Positions 1 through 9,276 of a stretch of DNA of 64,000 nucleotides are shown one piece after another. Within the stretch, counting starts at the first letter, position 1. The number at the start of each line of letters is the position of its first letter. The stretch spans positions 3,148 through 67,147 of the forward strand of contig CALXRU010000008.1 of NCBI GenBank assembly GCA_944390935.1, written 5' to 3'. Source of the stretch: Acidaminococcaceae bacterium (lineage in GTDB: Bacteria; Bacillota; Negativicutes; Acidaminococcales; Acidaminococcaceae). Under the pieces are notes generated by a model. It was not told where the DNA came from, searched no databases, and was given only the letters and a program-made list of their open reading frames with translations. A program made the translations under genes and the position numbers.

Positions 1-837
1 AAACATACCGCCCAGCTCATGCTCCAGCTGATGGCAGGCCCAGTCGCCCAAAGTGCGGTCGCCGGTGATATCGTTGTGGGATAAAGTGCCGCTCCACATA
101 ATTTCGGCGCGCGCGTCATAGTCCGACGGATTTTTAAGCGCGATTTTGACATTGCGCATAACGTTTTTAATCAGCGTTTCGGCAATGCCGTCCGTTAAAT
201 TAAGCTGCTTAACATTAGGTTTAACAAAAAAGCGTTCCAGGCTGTGCACAATAATATCCGTGCAGCCGCTCGCCGTCTGGTATGCAGGCAATGTAGAAGT
301 CAGTTCCGGGTTCATAACGGCAAATTTGCAGTAAGCATACGGCGAATAAGCGCCGCGTTTCAGCCAGCCGTTTTCGTTGGTAATAATGCTGGCGTTGCTC
401 ATCTCGCTGCCCGCAGCGGCAATGGTCAGCACCGTGCCGATGGGCAGGCACGCCGCCGGAGTTTTGCCGGTGTAGTAATCCCACACGTCGCCTTCGTTGG
501 TCAGGCCGTAGCCGATAGCCTTGGCGCTGTCGATAACGCTGCCGCCACCAACTGCTAAAATAAAATCAACGCCCTCTTTTTTGCCCAGCTCAATGCCTTC
601 GCAAACTTTGCTTAAGCGCGGGTTCGGCACAACGCCGCCCAGTTCAACGTGGCTGATGCCGGCAGTGTCCAGCGACGCGCAGATTTTATCAAGCAAACCG
701 CTTTTTTTAGCGCTGTGCCCGCCGTAATGGATAAGCACTTTTTTTGCGCCCTGTTCTTTGCACAATTCGCCCACGCGCGCTTCCATGCCGCGGCCGAAAA
801 TTACTTTTGTCGGTGCCAAATATTGAAAAAATTCCAT
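1..837 (-). CDS. Iron-containing alcohol dehydrogenase (butanol dehydrogenase BdhA/YqhD-like), C-terminus runs off the window start
   Basis: Not in the ORF track. Manual translation from ATG at 837: MEFFQYLAPTKVIFGRGMEARVGELCKEQGAKKVLIHYGGHSAKKSGLL...GGVVPNPR...AVGGGSVIDSAKAI. GGGS NAD(P)-binding motif; AAGGAG RBS upstream. Confidence 0.9.
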   Translation of the reverse strand, partial: MEFFQYLAPTKVIFGRGMEARVGELCKEQGAKKVLIHYGGHSAKKSGLLDKICASLDTAGISHVELGGVVPNPRLSKVCEGIELGKKEGVDFILAVGGGSVIDSAKAIGYGLTNEGDVWDYYTGKTPAACLPIGTVLTIAAAGSEMSNASIITNENGWLKRGAYSPYAYCKFAVMNPELTSTLPAYQTASGCTDIIVHSLERFFVKPNVKQLNLTDGIAETLIKNVMRNVKIALKNPSDYDARAEIMWSGTLSHNDITGDRTLGDWACHQLEHELGGMF

Positions 838-986
838 TTGTTTCAGCTCCTTTTTAATGCTATACTCTTATGGTACGACAAAACCGGCGGCGTGTAAATA
901 TGCGCCAAAAAGTTTTACAATAAGCAGGCGTTTATAAAAAAATGGCGAAGATAATAATACTGTAAGTTTTTAAAGGAGGTTTTACT

Positions 987-1418
987 ATGCAGGGCAAAAA
1001 ATATATAGCTATGGCGCTGGTTTGCGGTTTTGTGCTTGGCAGCAGCACCGCGCCGGTACAGGCAGGCATTTTGGGCACGGTGTTAAAAGGCGGCGCTATC
1101 GGCGTTTTGGTTAACCAGTTTGACGACCAGCTTAACAGCGCCATCAACACATTAACGGGTAAATACGCTGTCAGCAGCGATTACGCCACCAAGGTTGTAC
1201 CGGTAATCACCGTCGGCGACGGCAGCTACGCCGGTGCGGCACAGGTCAGCGGCCCGCACGCACAGGTTGAAAAATGCAAGGCTGCCCTTTTGATTGAAGC
1301 CTCGTTTTTCGGCAGCTTCCGCGCCAAAGCGCTGATACCTATCGACAAGGTGGACATTACCGACGTTAACCGCGTGCAGGGTGTTGGCGTATCGGCACAG
1401 ATTGACGTAAAACTTTAA
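987..1418 (+). CDS. Hypothetical secreted protein, beta-strand-rich C-terminal half
   Basis: AAGGAGG RBS; signal peptide MQGKKYIAMALVCGFVLGSSTAPVQA; ends GVGVSAQIDVKL. Confidence 0.75.
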   Translation: MQGKKYIAMALVCGFVLGSSTAPVQAGILGTVLKGGAIGVLVNQFDDQLNSAINTLTGKYAVSSDYATKVVPVITVGDGSYAGAAQVSGPHAQVEKCKAALLIEASFFGSFRAKALIPIDKVDITDVNRVQGVGVSAQIDVKL

Positions 1419-1430
1419 TGGAGAAAACTT

Positions 1431-2138
1431 GTGACGGCAGCAGATTTTATCAAAAAGCTACAATCATATAACAAGCCTTCTGTGTTTAACCCGTGGCAGG
1501 ATTACGACCCAGAATGCGACATCGGGCCGGAAGCCCCTGTTATCCGCGCGGCGAATTTACAGCGTTACCTTGAGCTGCGCAAAAGAGCGCACTTTTTGTT
1601 CATCGCCGAAGGGCTGGGCTATCAGGGCGGGCATTTCAGCGGCATGGCTATGACGAGCGAGCGCATTTTGCTGGGCTGCCACCCGGACGTAAACCCGCAG
1701 GCCGTGCTGGGCGACTGGGATTACAAACGTACCAGCAACCCCGACAGCGCGCGCCTGAACCGCACGCAAAAGCTGTACGGCTTTAACGAGCCGACGGCGA
1801 CGGTGATGTGGAACACAATTGCGCGGCACGGGCTTTCGCCTTACGACACGGTTTTGTGGAACATTTTTCCGTTCCATCCTTATAAAGAAGGCAATATTTT
1901 AAGCAACCGCACGCCTACCGGCGAGGAGTTGGACGTTGGCATCGAGTACGCAAGGATGCTGATGCAGCTCATCCCCAGCATGAAGGTAGTCGCTATCGGG
2001 CGCAAATCGCAGCAGACGCTGGGCAAATACGGCGTAGCGTGCGACTGCGTGCCGCACCCTTCCATGGGCGGCGCCAATGCGTTTAAAGCGGCGGTAGCGG
2101 CGCTGTTTGCCGCACAGGGCGGTGAAGCGAATGGCTAA
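1431..2138 (+). CDS. Uracil-DNA glycosylase superfamily protein
   Basis: Motifs FIAEGLGYQGG..SGMAMTSE, NEPTAT, WNIFPFHP, NRTPT, HPS; GTG start with GGAG RBS. Confidence 0.8.
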   Translation: MTAADFIKKLQSYNKPSVFNPWQDYDPECDIGPEAPVIRAANLQRYLELRKRAHFLFIAEGLGYQGGHFSGMAMTSERILLGCHPDVNPQAVLGDWDYKRTSNPDSARLNRTQKLYGFNEPTATVMWNTIARHGLSPYDTVLWNIFPFHPYKEGNILSNRTPTGEELDVGIEYARMLMQLIPSMKVVAIGRKSQQTLGKYGVACDCVPHPSMGGANAFKAAVAALFAAQGGEANG

Positions 2139-2913
2139 AACTGATTTTACGCGCGACCAAACCATCAACATCGCCGTTAAAATCGGCAAAATCCTGCTGA
2201 AAAGCGGCGCGGAAACCTACCGCGTGGAGGACACCATTTCGCGCTGCTGCCTTGTCCACGGCTACGAGGTTGACCCGTTTGTAACGCCGACCGTTATAAT
2301 CTTGGGCAACGAGGACACCGACAGCTTTATCCGCGTAAGCCGCATTGGCTACCGCAGCACCAACTTAAGCCTCATCAGCGAAATGAATACCATGTCCTAT
2401 AACTTCCACAAGTGGGATAAAAGTTATGAAGAAACCTGCGCGTGGCTGGAGAAAAAATGGCGGCAGCCTGCGCCTTACGGCAAATGGGCTGTGTGCCTTG
2501 CTTCCGGCATCGGCTCGGCGGCGTTTGCGGCCATGCTGGGCGGTAACAGCCACGACTTTATAGCGGCCTTTGTAACGGGCGGCATGGCAATGGTGGTGCT
2601 TAAGCAAATTGCGGGCTACCACCCCAGCGCCTTTTGGGAAAACGCCATCGCGGGCGTGGCTATCGGCGCGGTTGCGCTTTTATGCTGCGCTATGAGCGTG
2701 CAGTGCACGATGGAAAAAATCATCGTAGGCGCGCTGATGCCTTTCGTGCCGGGCGTGCCGTTCTGCAACGGGCTGCGTGACTATATGGCAGGCAATTTGA
2801 TGAGCGGCAACTCGCGTATCGCGGAAGCGCTGCTGTTTGCGTCGTCCATTGCCATCGGCATTGCGTTTGTGCTGCGCGTATGGTTCATCTGGGGGTGGGA
2901 TTTATGGAAATGA
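2131..2913 (+). CDS. Threonine/serine exporter family protein, ThrE (YjjP-like) subunit
   Basis: GKILLKSGAETYRVEDT and PFVPGVPFCNGLRD motifs; multiple TM segments; ATG at 2131 overlaps the UDG stop. Confidence 0.88.
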   Translation: MAKTDFTRDQTINIAVKIGKILLKSGAETYRVEDTISRCCLVHGYEVDPFVTPTVIILGNEDTDSFIRVSRIGYRSTNLSLISEMNTMSYNFHKWDKSYEETCAWLEKKWRQPAPYGKWAVCLASGIGSAAFAAMLGGNSHDFIAAFVTGGMAMVVLKQIAGYHPSAFWENAIAGVAIGAVALLCCAMSVQCTMEKIIVGALMPFVPGVPFCNGLRDYMAGNLMSGNSRIAEALLFASSIAIGIAFVLRVWFIWGWDLWK

Positions 2914-3395
2914 TTACCGCCTTTTTCTTTGCCTCCCTCGCAACCATGGCGTTTGCCATACTCTTTCAGGCGCCGAAAAAAATCGTGCTTATCGACGGCA
3001 TTATCGGCGCTATCGGCTGGGTGGTGTTCATCTATCTGCGGCATGAACTTGGCTATACCTCGTTCGTGTCCAATTTTACGGCGACAATTTCTCTGGCGCT
3101 GGCCAGCGAATTAAGCTCGCGCATCTTCAAGCAGCCGGTAACGGTGTTTGTTATCCCGGGCATTGTGCCGCTGGTGCCGGGGCTCGGCATTTATCAGGGT
3201 ATGTTTGCCATTATCAACAACGATTACAACAACGGCACTTCTATTTTACTGACGGCCATGACGGACTCCGTCGCCATAGCCATCGGCGTAATGCTGGTAT
3301 CCAGCCTGTTCCGCGTCATCAAAGTACGCCGCTTCATGCTGCAATACCGCCGCTCCAAACGCCAGATGGAAATGAAAGTAAAGGGTAAGAAGTGA
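2904..3395 (+). CDS. Threonine/serine exporter family protein, ThrE_2 (YjjB-like) subunit
   Basis: PGIVPLVPGLGIY motif; hydrophobic; overlaps the preceding ThrE gene. Confidence 0.88.
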   Translation: MEMITAFFFASLATMAFAILFQAPKKIVLIDGIIGAIGWVVFIYLRHELGYTSFVSNFTATISLALASELSSRIFKQPVTVFVIPGIVPLVPGLGIYQGMFAIINNDYNNGTSILLTAMTDSVAIAIGVMLVSSLFRVIKVRRFMLQYRRSKRQMEMKVKGKK

Positions 3396-3428
3396 AAGCA
3401 CTCTGAAATATATCAGAGTGCTTTTTAT
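3395..3428 (+). terminator. Intrinsic terminator of the UDG/ThrE operon
   Basis: AAAGCACTCTGA-loop-TCAGAGTGCTTT followed by T run. Confidence 0.75.
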
Positions 3429-3488
3429 TAAATTTACTTTCAAAAACAAAAAACGCACCTGCAATTACTTGCAAGTGCGCATAATTAC

Positions 3489-3565
3489 TGGTGATCCCGG
3501 GCAGATTCGAACTGCCGACCCTTCGCTTAGGAGGCGAATGCTCTATCCAACTGAGCTACGGAACC
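3489..3565 (-). tRNA. tRNA-Arg (anticodon CCT)
   Basis: Reverse complement GGTTCCGTAGCTCAGTTGGATAGAGCATTCGCCTCCTAAGCGAAGGGTCGGCAGTTCGAATCTGCCCGGGATCACCA: cloverleaf, TTCGAA T-loop, anticodon arm TTCGC-CT-CCT-AA-GCGAA, encoded CCA. Confidence 0.96.
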
Positions 3566-3606
3566 AAAATAAGCTGTTTAATTAAAACAAATTTGCCGCG
3601 CGGCAA

Positions 3607-3912
3607 TTACAGTTCAGCCATTGCTCCGGGAGGCATGCTCCACTCAACCCTGACATCGGTATTAACCCAAAGCCTGCCAAGGCAAACCTTAAAATTTTCC
3701 AAACTGTCAAGCGGCATTAAGGTTTTGGTAACAAACTGGCGGATGGTATCGCCTTCCGGCAAATCCAGCGTCAGCGGTTTCTGCAAAAATTCTTCAACGC
3801 GCGCCTTTGCTTCAGGCACGTCAAGGCAAACATTGGCCGTTTTGGTTGCGGGGTCATATTCAACGTAACCATAATGGGCATGGCAATTTAATGTAACAAT
3901 AAACTTTTCCAT
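3607..3912 (-). CDS. Hypothetical protein (101 aa)
   Basis: GGAGG RBS and ATG; plausible globular protein; no recognised motif. Confidence 0.7.
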   Translation of the reverse strand: MEKFIVTLNCHAHYGYVEYDPATKTANVCLDVPEAKARVEEFLQKPLTLDLPEGDTIRQFVTKTLMPLDSLENFKVCLGRLWVNTDVRVEWSMPPGAMAEL

Positions 3913-4052
3913 ATCGTACCTCCGGTATCTTCTGTATATTATAGCAAGTTCTGCGTCATTCTACAATAGTAACGCTAAATTTTGCCTTATCCCGCCGCGG
4001 CGGATATTTTAACTGCATTTCACAAAAATTTTAATTTAAAAATGCGTCAATA

Positions 4053-4095
4053 AATAATAATTATTATTGACAACTTATCACTGCCGTGTTACAAT
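4053..4095 (+). promoter_or_regulatory. Sigma-A promoter of rubrerythrin with overlapping PerR/Fur-type palindrome
   Basis: AATAATAATTATTATT palindrome (4053-4068) overlapping TTGACA (4067-4072); 17-bp spacer; extended -10 TGtTACAAT (4087-4095). Confidence 0.7.
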
Positions 4096-4168
4096 CAATA
4101 CTGTAAGCGGTACTGATTGCCGCACAAAACAAATTACACTTTATTGTACTTTAATGGAGGAATGAATA

Positions 4169-4714
4169 ATGAAAAAATTTGTTTGCCAGGTTTGTGGCTA
4201 TGTTTATGAAGGTGAAGCTGCTCCGGAATACTGCCCGCAGTGCAAAGCTCCGGCTTCCAAATTTGTAGAAATGAAAGGTGAAATGACCTGGGCTGCAGAA
4301 CATTTTGTTGGTGTTGCCAAAGACGTTCCCGAAGATATTAAAAACGACCTGCGCGCTAACTTCAACGGCGAATGCTGCGAAGTAGGCATGTACCTTGCTA
4401 TGGCACGTGTTGCTCATCGCGAAGGTTATCCTGAAATCGGCCTGTACTGGGAAAAAGCAGCTTACGAAGAAGCAGAACATGCAGCTAAATTTGCTGAACT
4501 GCTCGGCGAAGTTGTTACCGACAGCACCAAAAAGAACCTTGAAATGCGCGTAGAAGCAGAAAACGGCGCAACCGCAGGCAAAACCGACCTTGCAAAACGC
4601 GCTAAAGAACTCGGCCTCGACGCTATCCATGACACCGTTCATGAAATGGCACGTGACGAAGCTCGCCATGGCAGAGCTTTTGCAGGCCTGCTTGCCCGTT
4701 ACTTCAACAAATAA
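4169..4714 (+). CDS. Reverse rubrerythrin (NADH peroxidase, Rbr3-type)
   Basis: N-terminal rubredoxin CQVCGY...CPQCKAP followed by a ferritin-like diiron domain (EEAEHA, DEARHG). Confidence 0.92.
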   Translation: MKKFVCQVCGYVYEGEAAPEYCPQCKAPASKFVEMKGEMTWAAEHFVGVAKDVPEDIKNDLRANFNGECCEVGMYLAMARVAHREGYPEIGLYWEKAAYEEAEHAAKFAELLGEVVTDSTKKNLEMRVEAENGATAGKTDLAKRAKELGLDAIHDTVHEMARDEARHGRAFAGLLARYFNK

Positions 4715-4744
4715 TTCAACGGTTATTGAAGCAATAAACAAAAT

Positions 4745-4779
4745 AAACACCTGTTATCTTACGATAGCAGGTGTTTTTA
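4745..4779. terminator. Bidirectional intrinsic terminator
   Basis: AAACACCTGTTATC-loop-GATAGCAGGTGTTT between convergent genes. Confidence 0.7.
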
Positions 4780-4785
4780 TTTTCC

Positions 4786-5919
4786 TTATTTAATTTTAAT
4801 CAGTTCGTAGCTGCGCGTGCCCATGCCGATTTTTTCAGCATGTTCAAGGCAGGCTTTCCATTCGGATTCCGGCGTGATATTGTGGAAGTGGTCGTGTTTG
4901 GCTGCTTCTTCCGGGTCTTTGGCAATGTGCTCGCCCAATACGGAATCGGCCACAGGCGTTGCTGCGTTAACAAGGTCGGCGCAGGCCTGGTCGAGCGCAA
5001 CCGGGTCGAAGGAAGCCAGCATGCCGATATCCGGCACAACCGGCGCGTCGTTTTCGGCGTGGCAGTCGCAGTACGGCGATACATCGACAATCAGGCTGAT
5101 GTGGAAGTTCGGCCGGCCTGCCAGAATAGCCCACGCGTATTCAGCCATGCGTTTATTCAGGCGTTCACTGCTGCTGTATGCTTCCGGCGGGAAAACGGCA
5201 TCCATCGGGCACGCGCCGATGCAGCGCCCGCAGCCCACGCATTTATCCTGGTCGATATGTGCTTTTTTATTTTCAATTATAGGTGCGCCGTGTGCGCAAA
5301 TGCGGCTGCATGCACCGCAGCCGATACATTTTTCGGTAATAACATGCGGTTTGCCGTCGTGGTGCATTTCCATTTTACCTGCGCGGGAACCGCCGCCCAT
5401 GCCGATATTTTTAATGGCGCCGCCAAAGCCGGTCATTTCATGCCCTTTAAAATGGGTCAGGCTGATTATAATATCAGCGTCCATCAGTGCCTTGCCTATT
5501 TTCGCTTCTTTAACCAGTTCACCGTTAGGCACGGGCACATACGCCTCGTCCGTGCCCTTTAAGCCGTCGGCAATAATAACGTGGCAGCCGGTGGAAAAGG
5601 GACTGAAGCCGTTTTCATAAGCGGAAGTAATATGTTCCAGCGCGTGTTTGCGGCGGCCTACATACAAAGTATTGCAGTCCGTCAAAAAGGGCATGCCGCC
5701 AAGTTCCTTCACAACATCAGCCACAGCCTTGGCGTAGTTGGGGCGCAAGTAAGAAACATTGCCCGGTTCGCCAAAGTGAATTTTAATGGCGGCAAACTTT
5801 TTATTAAAATCAATGTTGCCGATACCGGCAGCCTTAATCAGCTTAGCCAGCTTGCCGGGCAGGCTCAGCCCGCCGTAGCCGGTGCGCATGTCAGTAAAAT
5901 AAACCTTTGCTTTCTCCAT
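4786..5919 (-). CDS. DUF362 domain Fe-S protein with 2x[4Fe-4S] ferredoxin insert
   Basis: KIHFGEPGN, HFKGHEMTGFGGAIKNIGMG, CIGCGACSRIC...CVGCGRCIGACP, SPYCDC motifs. Confidence 0.88.
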   Translation of the reverse strand: MEKAKVYFTDMRTGYGGLSLPGKLAKLIKAAGIGNIDFNKKFAAIKIHFGEPGNVSYLRPNYAKAVADVVKELGGMPFLTDCNTLYVGRRKHALEHITSAYENGFSPFSTGCHVIIADGLKGTDEAYVPVPNGELVKEAKIGKALMDADIIISLTHFKGHEMTGFGGAIKNIGMGGGSRAGKMEMHHDGKPHVITEKCIGCGACSRICAHGAPIIENKKAHIDQDKCVGCGRCIGACPMDAVFPPEAYSSSERLNKRMAEYAWAILAGRPNFHISLIVDVSPYCDCHAENDAPVVPDIGMLASFDPVALDQACADLVNAATPVADSVLGEHIAKDPEEAAKHDHFHNITPESEWKACLEHAEKIGMGTRSYELIKIK

Positions 5920-5987
5920 AAAATCATCCCTCCATGATTATGTAAAAGTAAATATTCGCTGTGCATGTGCTGCACTTATTAATTTAA

Positions 5988-6806
5988 TTATATCAGCCCC
6001 GGCAAAAATATGCCATCCTCGTAAACATCGGGCTTACCCAGATGGCGGCTGGGCACAAAGCTGCCGTGGCAATCGCTGCCGCCGCTGATAAGCATGCCCT
6101 CCGTGCGGCAGTGCGTTAATAAAAGCTGCGTATCCTGTTTGCTGTGTCCGGAATGGTAACATTCAAAACCGTCGAACGGTTCTTCAATCAGCTCCACCAA
6201 GGTCTGCGCCAGCCCCGGGCCGTGGAAGCTGCTTGCCGCGTGAGCGCATAAAGCAACGCCGCCCGCGCCGTGGATAGCATCGATAACCTCGCGGATACTC
6301 GGAAAAATCGGGAAACCCAAATCGTGTTCTTTGGTAAAAATGCGTTTAAAAAAGTCGTCAACGCCGGTGCATAAGCCCTTATCAATCAAATACGCCAGCG
6401 ATTTCCAGCCGCCGCGCCTGCGGTCGTAGGTGTAATTTTTAAATTCCTTAAAATCCAGCGGCCAGCCCTGTTTTATTAACAGCTGCACGCTGTCGTCGTC
6501 CTTCTGCTCCAGCAGATGCGTGTTGTGCGCCAGAAGTTCCTGCAAAGGCTTATTGGCAAGGTCGATGCCGTAACCCAGAATATGAAAGGAAATATCGTCC
6601 TTCGTGGAGCAGACCTCCACGCCCGGCACGCATTTTATGCCGCGCTCACCTGCAAGGCGCACGGTTTCCGCTACGTTGGCGGTGCTGTCGTGGTCGGTAA
6701 CGGCAATAATGCCCAGCCCCGCGCCCACCGCCGCGTCCACCAAATCCTGCGGCGTCCACGTACCGTCGCTGGCCGTGCTGTGGATATGCAAATCAACCTT
6801 TCTCAT
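5988..6806 (-). CDS. PHP-domain phosphoesterase (TrpH/YciV-like)
   Basis: DLHIHSTASDG, TDHD, HILGY, GGSDCHG motifs. Confidence 0.88.
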   Translation of the reverse strand: MRKVDLHIHSTASDGTWTPQDLVDAAVGAGLGIIAVTDHDSTANVAETVRLAGERGIKCVPGVEVCSTKDDISFHILGYGIDLANKPLQELLAHNTHLLEQKDDDSVQLLIKQGWPLDFKEFKNYTYDRRRGGWKSLAYLIDKGLCTGVDDFFKRIFTKEHDLGFPIFPSIREVIDAIHGAGGVALCAHAASSFHGPGLAQTLVELIEEPFDGFECYHSGHSKQDTQLLLTHCRTEGMLISGGSDCHGSFVPSRHLGKPDVYEDGIFLPGLI

Positions 6807-7659
6807 GTTCTTTCACCTCGTGGTGATGGCAGCACGCAACTGGCGGCGCTGCCTCCTCTTTTGCAAAACTCTGTCTTAAGCAGCTTAAAATAAACAATAC
6901 CGTGCCGGTCAGCACAATCGTGCCGCCGGGGGCAAGGTCGGCGTAATAAGACACCGTAAGCCCCACCGTTACGGTGATAATACCGTAAACAATGCCGCCG
7001 ATAATTGTACCGGCAAAGCTGTACGCCGACTGCAAAGCGCAGGCGACGGGGATAACCATCATTGCCGATACCAGAAGCAGCCCTACGATGCGCATGGAAA
7101 GCGCTACCGTCAGCGCCGTTAAAACTGCCAGCCACACGTTCAGTTTGCCTGCGGGCAGTCCCGCCACGCGCGCAGATGTTTCATCAAAAGTAATATATTG
7201 CAATGGGCGGTAAAACATCACCGTAAAGGCGCAGGCAAACAGCCCCAGCACCGCCACCACCCACAAATCGCTTGCGCTGATGGTCATTAAGCTGCCGAAC
7301 AGAATGCTGCTTAAATTAAAGCCGCCCATGCGGTTTATGCTGCTGAAAATTACCGCCAGCCCGATGCCGCTGTAAAAGAAAATCGCCAGCACCATTTCGG
7401 AAAAAGTATCCAGCCTGCTGCGCACCTTTTCAATTACCAGCGCGCCCAGAACGGTTGCCAGCGCCGCGCTCAGCACCGGCTGCGCACCCAAAAGCGCTCC
7501 GCCCGCCACACCGGCAAAGGCAATATGCCCCAAGCCGTCGCCAATCATCGACTGGCGGCGCAGCACCAGAAAGCTGCCTATAAGCGGGCAGATGACGGCG
7601 ACAATCAGCCCCGCCAGCCACGCCCTTTGCATAAATCCTGCGGAAAACATTTCTAACAT
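6793..7659 (-). CDS. znuB: Zn/Mn ABC transporter permease
   Basis: GSFLVLRRQSMIGDGLGHIAFAG, LFGSL and VGLLLVSAMMVIP motifs; His/Cys-rich tail. Confidence 0.88.
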   Translation of the reverse strand: MLEMFSAGFMQRAWLAGLIVAVICPLIGSFLVLRRQSMIGDGLGHIAFAGVAGGALLGAQPVLSAALATVLGALVIEKVRSRLDTFSEMVLAIFFYSGIGLAVIFSSINRMGGFNLSSILFGSLMTISASDLWVVAVLGLFACAFTVMFYRPLQYITFDETSARVAGLPAGKLNVWLAVLTALTVALSMRIVGLLLVSAMMVIPVACALQSAYSFAGTIIGGIVYGIITVTVGLTVSYYADLAPGGTIVLTGTVLFILSCLRQSFAKEEAAPPVACCHHHEVKEHEKG

Positions 7660-7670
7660 TCAGCTTACCT

Positions 7671-8390
7671 CTATCTGTAAAAATAACCGTGCTTGTGCCT
7701 GTGCACAAGCGCCTGCTGCACGCCGCCCCAAAAACAGATATTGTGGTCAAGGCACAGCGCATTTTTGCACACCTTCGCCGCCAGTTCCAAATCGTGCGAC
7801 ACCATTACAATCGTCACGCCCTGTTTGCGGTTAATCTCGCCCAACATCGTGTACAGTTCTTCCTTCGCGTCCGGGTCAACGCCGGTCGCCGGTTCGTCCA
7901 GCAGCAAAAGCTCCGGGCTACGCACCATGGCTCTCGCCAGATATACGCGCTGCTGCTGCCCGCCTGACAGTTCGCCTATCTTGCGGTGCGCCAGCTCCTT
8001 CAGCGAAAAGCGTTCCATAATATCGTCAACGGCGGCCTTATCCTCACGCGAATAATGCTGAAACATACTGCCGCCGCTTAAACGCCCCAGCGAAACAACT
8101 TCGCGCACGCTGATGGGAAACGCCCTGTGCTGGCGCGCCGGGTTCTGCGGCACATAGCCGATTTTATCCCACGCCGTGAAATGCTCGCGGTCCTGCCCGA
8201 AGATTGCAATGCTGCCCTGTATGGGTTTTAAAATGCCCGCAAGCAGGCGCAGCAGCGTGCTTTTGCCCGCGCCGTTCGGGCCGATGACAGCGACAAAATC
8301 ACCCTTTTCAATTTGCAGCGACAGGTCGTTTAAAATCCAGCCTTCGCCGTAGCTGTAACCAAGTTTGTCTATTTCAATTACCGTTTTCAT
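7671..8390 (-). CDS. znuC: Zn/Mn ABC transporter ATPase
   Basis: [29 protein letters not shown]. Confidence 0.88.
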   Translation of the reverse strand: MKTVIEIDKLGYSYGEGWILNDLSLQIEKGDFVAVIGPNGAGKSTLLRLLAGILKPIQGSIAIFGQDREHFTAWDKIGYVPQNPARQHRAFPISVREVVSLGRLSGGSMFQHYSREDKAAVDDIMERFSLKELAHRKIGELSGGQQQRVYLARAMVRSPELLLLDEPATGVDPDAKEELYTMLGEINRKQGVTIVMVSHDLELAAKVCKNALCLDHNICFWGGVQQALVHRHKHGYFYR

Positions 8391-8391
8391 T

Positions 8392-9276
8392 TTATTTACC
8401 GTTCAGCGCAGTATCAAGGTTTTCAATATTGCGCTCCATAATTTTTAAATAATCATCGCCGTTTTGGCGTCCTGCTTCGCTCAAGCCCTCCAATGGGTCC
8501 AGCACCAAAGTTTTCGCACCGGCTGCCTGCGCTATCGTTTCGGCAATACGCGGGCTGACCAATGTTTCAAAAAACACGTATTTAATGCCGTCTTTCTGCA
8601 TAACGCCAAGCAATTTGTTCAGCGCTGCGGGCGACGGCTCTGCCTGCGGCGATAAACCCATAATTGATTCCTGCCGCAGACCGTAATCCGCCGCTAAATG
8701 CCCGAAGGCCGCGTGCGTGGTGATGAAGGTTTTTATTTTGGCGTTTTGCGCCAGTACCGTAAGTTTTTCGTCCAGCGCATTTATTTTGGCGATATATGCC
8801 GCCGCGTTCTGTTTATATTCTGCCGCGTGTTCCGGGTCAGCTTTTATAAAAGCATCGCGCACTGCCGCAACTTCAACCGCCGCCTTGCGCGGGCTTAACC
8901 AAAAGTGCGGGTCGCTTTTATCAAGCTGCTGCATAAAGGCCTGCCCAGCTTCCACCGCCTGCACGCCGTCATCAGCAACGGCTGCAACTGCAGGCTGTGC
9001 CCATGGTTCAACACCGCCGTTATACACAAACACTTTTGCTTTTGCCAGCCGCGTCAAATCACGTGCGCTCGGCTCCCAGTCGTGCGGCTCAATGCCGTCG
9101 CCAATCATGGTGTAAACCGTCACCCTGTCGCCGCCGACGGCACGCGCAAATTCCGCCATCGGGTAAAAGCTGGCCGCCACCTGCATTTTGCCATCCGCGG
9201 AAGCGCCCTGCTGCCCGCCGCAGCCAAAGCACAACAGCGCAAGCGCAAGCAAAAGCGCCGTTAAAAATTTATTCAT
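8392..9276 (-). CDS. znuA: Zn/Mn ABC transporter substrate-binding lipoprotein (ZnuA/AdcA-type)
   Basis: Lipoprotein-like signal peptide ending FGCG; EPHDWEP, DPHFWLSP and HAAFGHLA metal-ligand motifs; AAGGAG RBS before ATG at 9276. Confidence 0.85.
   Translation of the reverse strand: MNKFLTALLLALALLCFGCGGQQGASADGKMQVAASFYPMAEFARAVGGDRVTVYTMIGDGIEPHDWEPSARDLTRLAKAKVFVYNGGVEPWAQPAVAAVADDGVQAVEAGQAFMQQLDKSDPHFWLSPRKAAVEVAAVRDAFIKADPEHAAEYKQNAAAYIAKINALDEKLTVLAQNAKIKTFITTHAAFGHLAADYGLRQESIMGLSPQAEPSPAALNKLLGVMQKDGIKYVFFETLVSPRIAETIAQAAGAKTLVLDPLEGLSEAGRQNGDDYLKIMERNIENLDTALNGK

Noticed and set aside
3491-3868. 125-aa plus-strand ORF
   Set aside because: It runs antisense across the tRNA and the 101-aa gene; spurious.
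3489-3912. tRNA-Arg as a possible integration site of an island
   Set aside because: No integrase, no duplicated tRNA 3' end seen, and no compositional break in the flanks.
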